Position numbers and translations under genes: made by a program
Notes under the pieces: generated by a model
Seen by the model: only the letters and a program-made list of their open reading frames with translations
Databases searched by the model: none
What the model was told of the DNA's origin: nothing
Part shown: one piece after another, positions 62,933 to 63,238 of the stretch
How the letters are laid out: each line of letters opens with the position of its first letter
Numbering within the stretch: position 1 is the first letter of the stretch
Assembly: GCF_001194135.2 (NCBI RefSeq)
Contig: NC_068996.1
Span: 39,385,988 to 39,449,225 of the forward strand
DNA length: 63,238 bases
Direction: 5' to 3'
Source of the DNA: Octopus bimaculoides
Taxonomy: Eukaryota

Positions 62933-63238
62933 AGGGAGCGAATCAATTTAGATGAGATGCAGTTTGGGTTTGTGCCAGGTAAAAGCACCACTGATGCCTT
63001 ATTTCTAGTGAGACAGCTGCAGGAGAAATATCTAGCCAAGGATAAACCTCTGTACCTGGCCTTCGTTGACATGGAGAAAGCCTTTGACAGGGTCCCCCGA
63101 TCCCTTATCTGGTGGTCAATGAGGAAACTTGGGATAGAAGAATGGTTAGTGAGAGCTGTGCGAGCCATGTACAGAGATGCTGTCAGTAAGGTGAGGGTTG
63201 GAAATGAGTACAGTAATGAATTCCGGGTAGAGGTAGGG
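62933..63238 (+). CDS. Uninterrupted RTE reverse transcriptase fragment (5'-truncated, runs off the window)
   Basis: RERINLDEMQFGFVPGKSTTDALFLVRQLQEKYLAKDKPLYLAFVDMEKAFDRVPRSLIWWSMRKLGIEEWLVRAVRAMYRDAVSKVRVG: QFGF and F.D.EKAFDRV RT motifs, no stops. Confidence 0.93.

Overview
AT-rich animal genomic DNA from a draft scaffold with 13 N-gaps. The SINE, RTE and microsatellite content suggests a cephalopod (octopus-like); this is inference only. No intact protein gene, rRNA, true tRNA or CRISPR array can be supported, and nearly all ORF-track calls are translated microsatellites or gaps. The window is a nested transposon landscape: one full-length and one internally deleted mariner; mariner-, pogo-, piggyBac- and hAT-type MITEs; many RTE-clade LINE 3' ends, two with a PHD-like finger inside the RT region; several tRNA-derived SINE families with swapped modules; and Penelope-like (PLE) fragments. 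The most notable signal is a set of type-I hammerhead ribozyme (HHR) motifs in four unrelated sequence contexts (7.3-7.6, 44.0, 54.4 and 60.1-60.4 kb). The best case is a ~360-bp element made of a tRNA/Pol III head plus a 3' hammerhead, with an inverted copy of the hammerhead tail fused to its 5' end, i.e. a candidate ribozyme-bearing SINE moved by Penelope machinery. Three weak minus-strand exon candidates suggest the window may lie in the large introns of a host gene.
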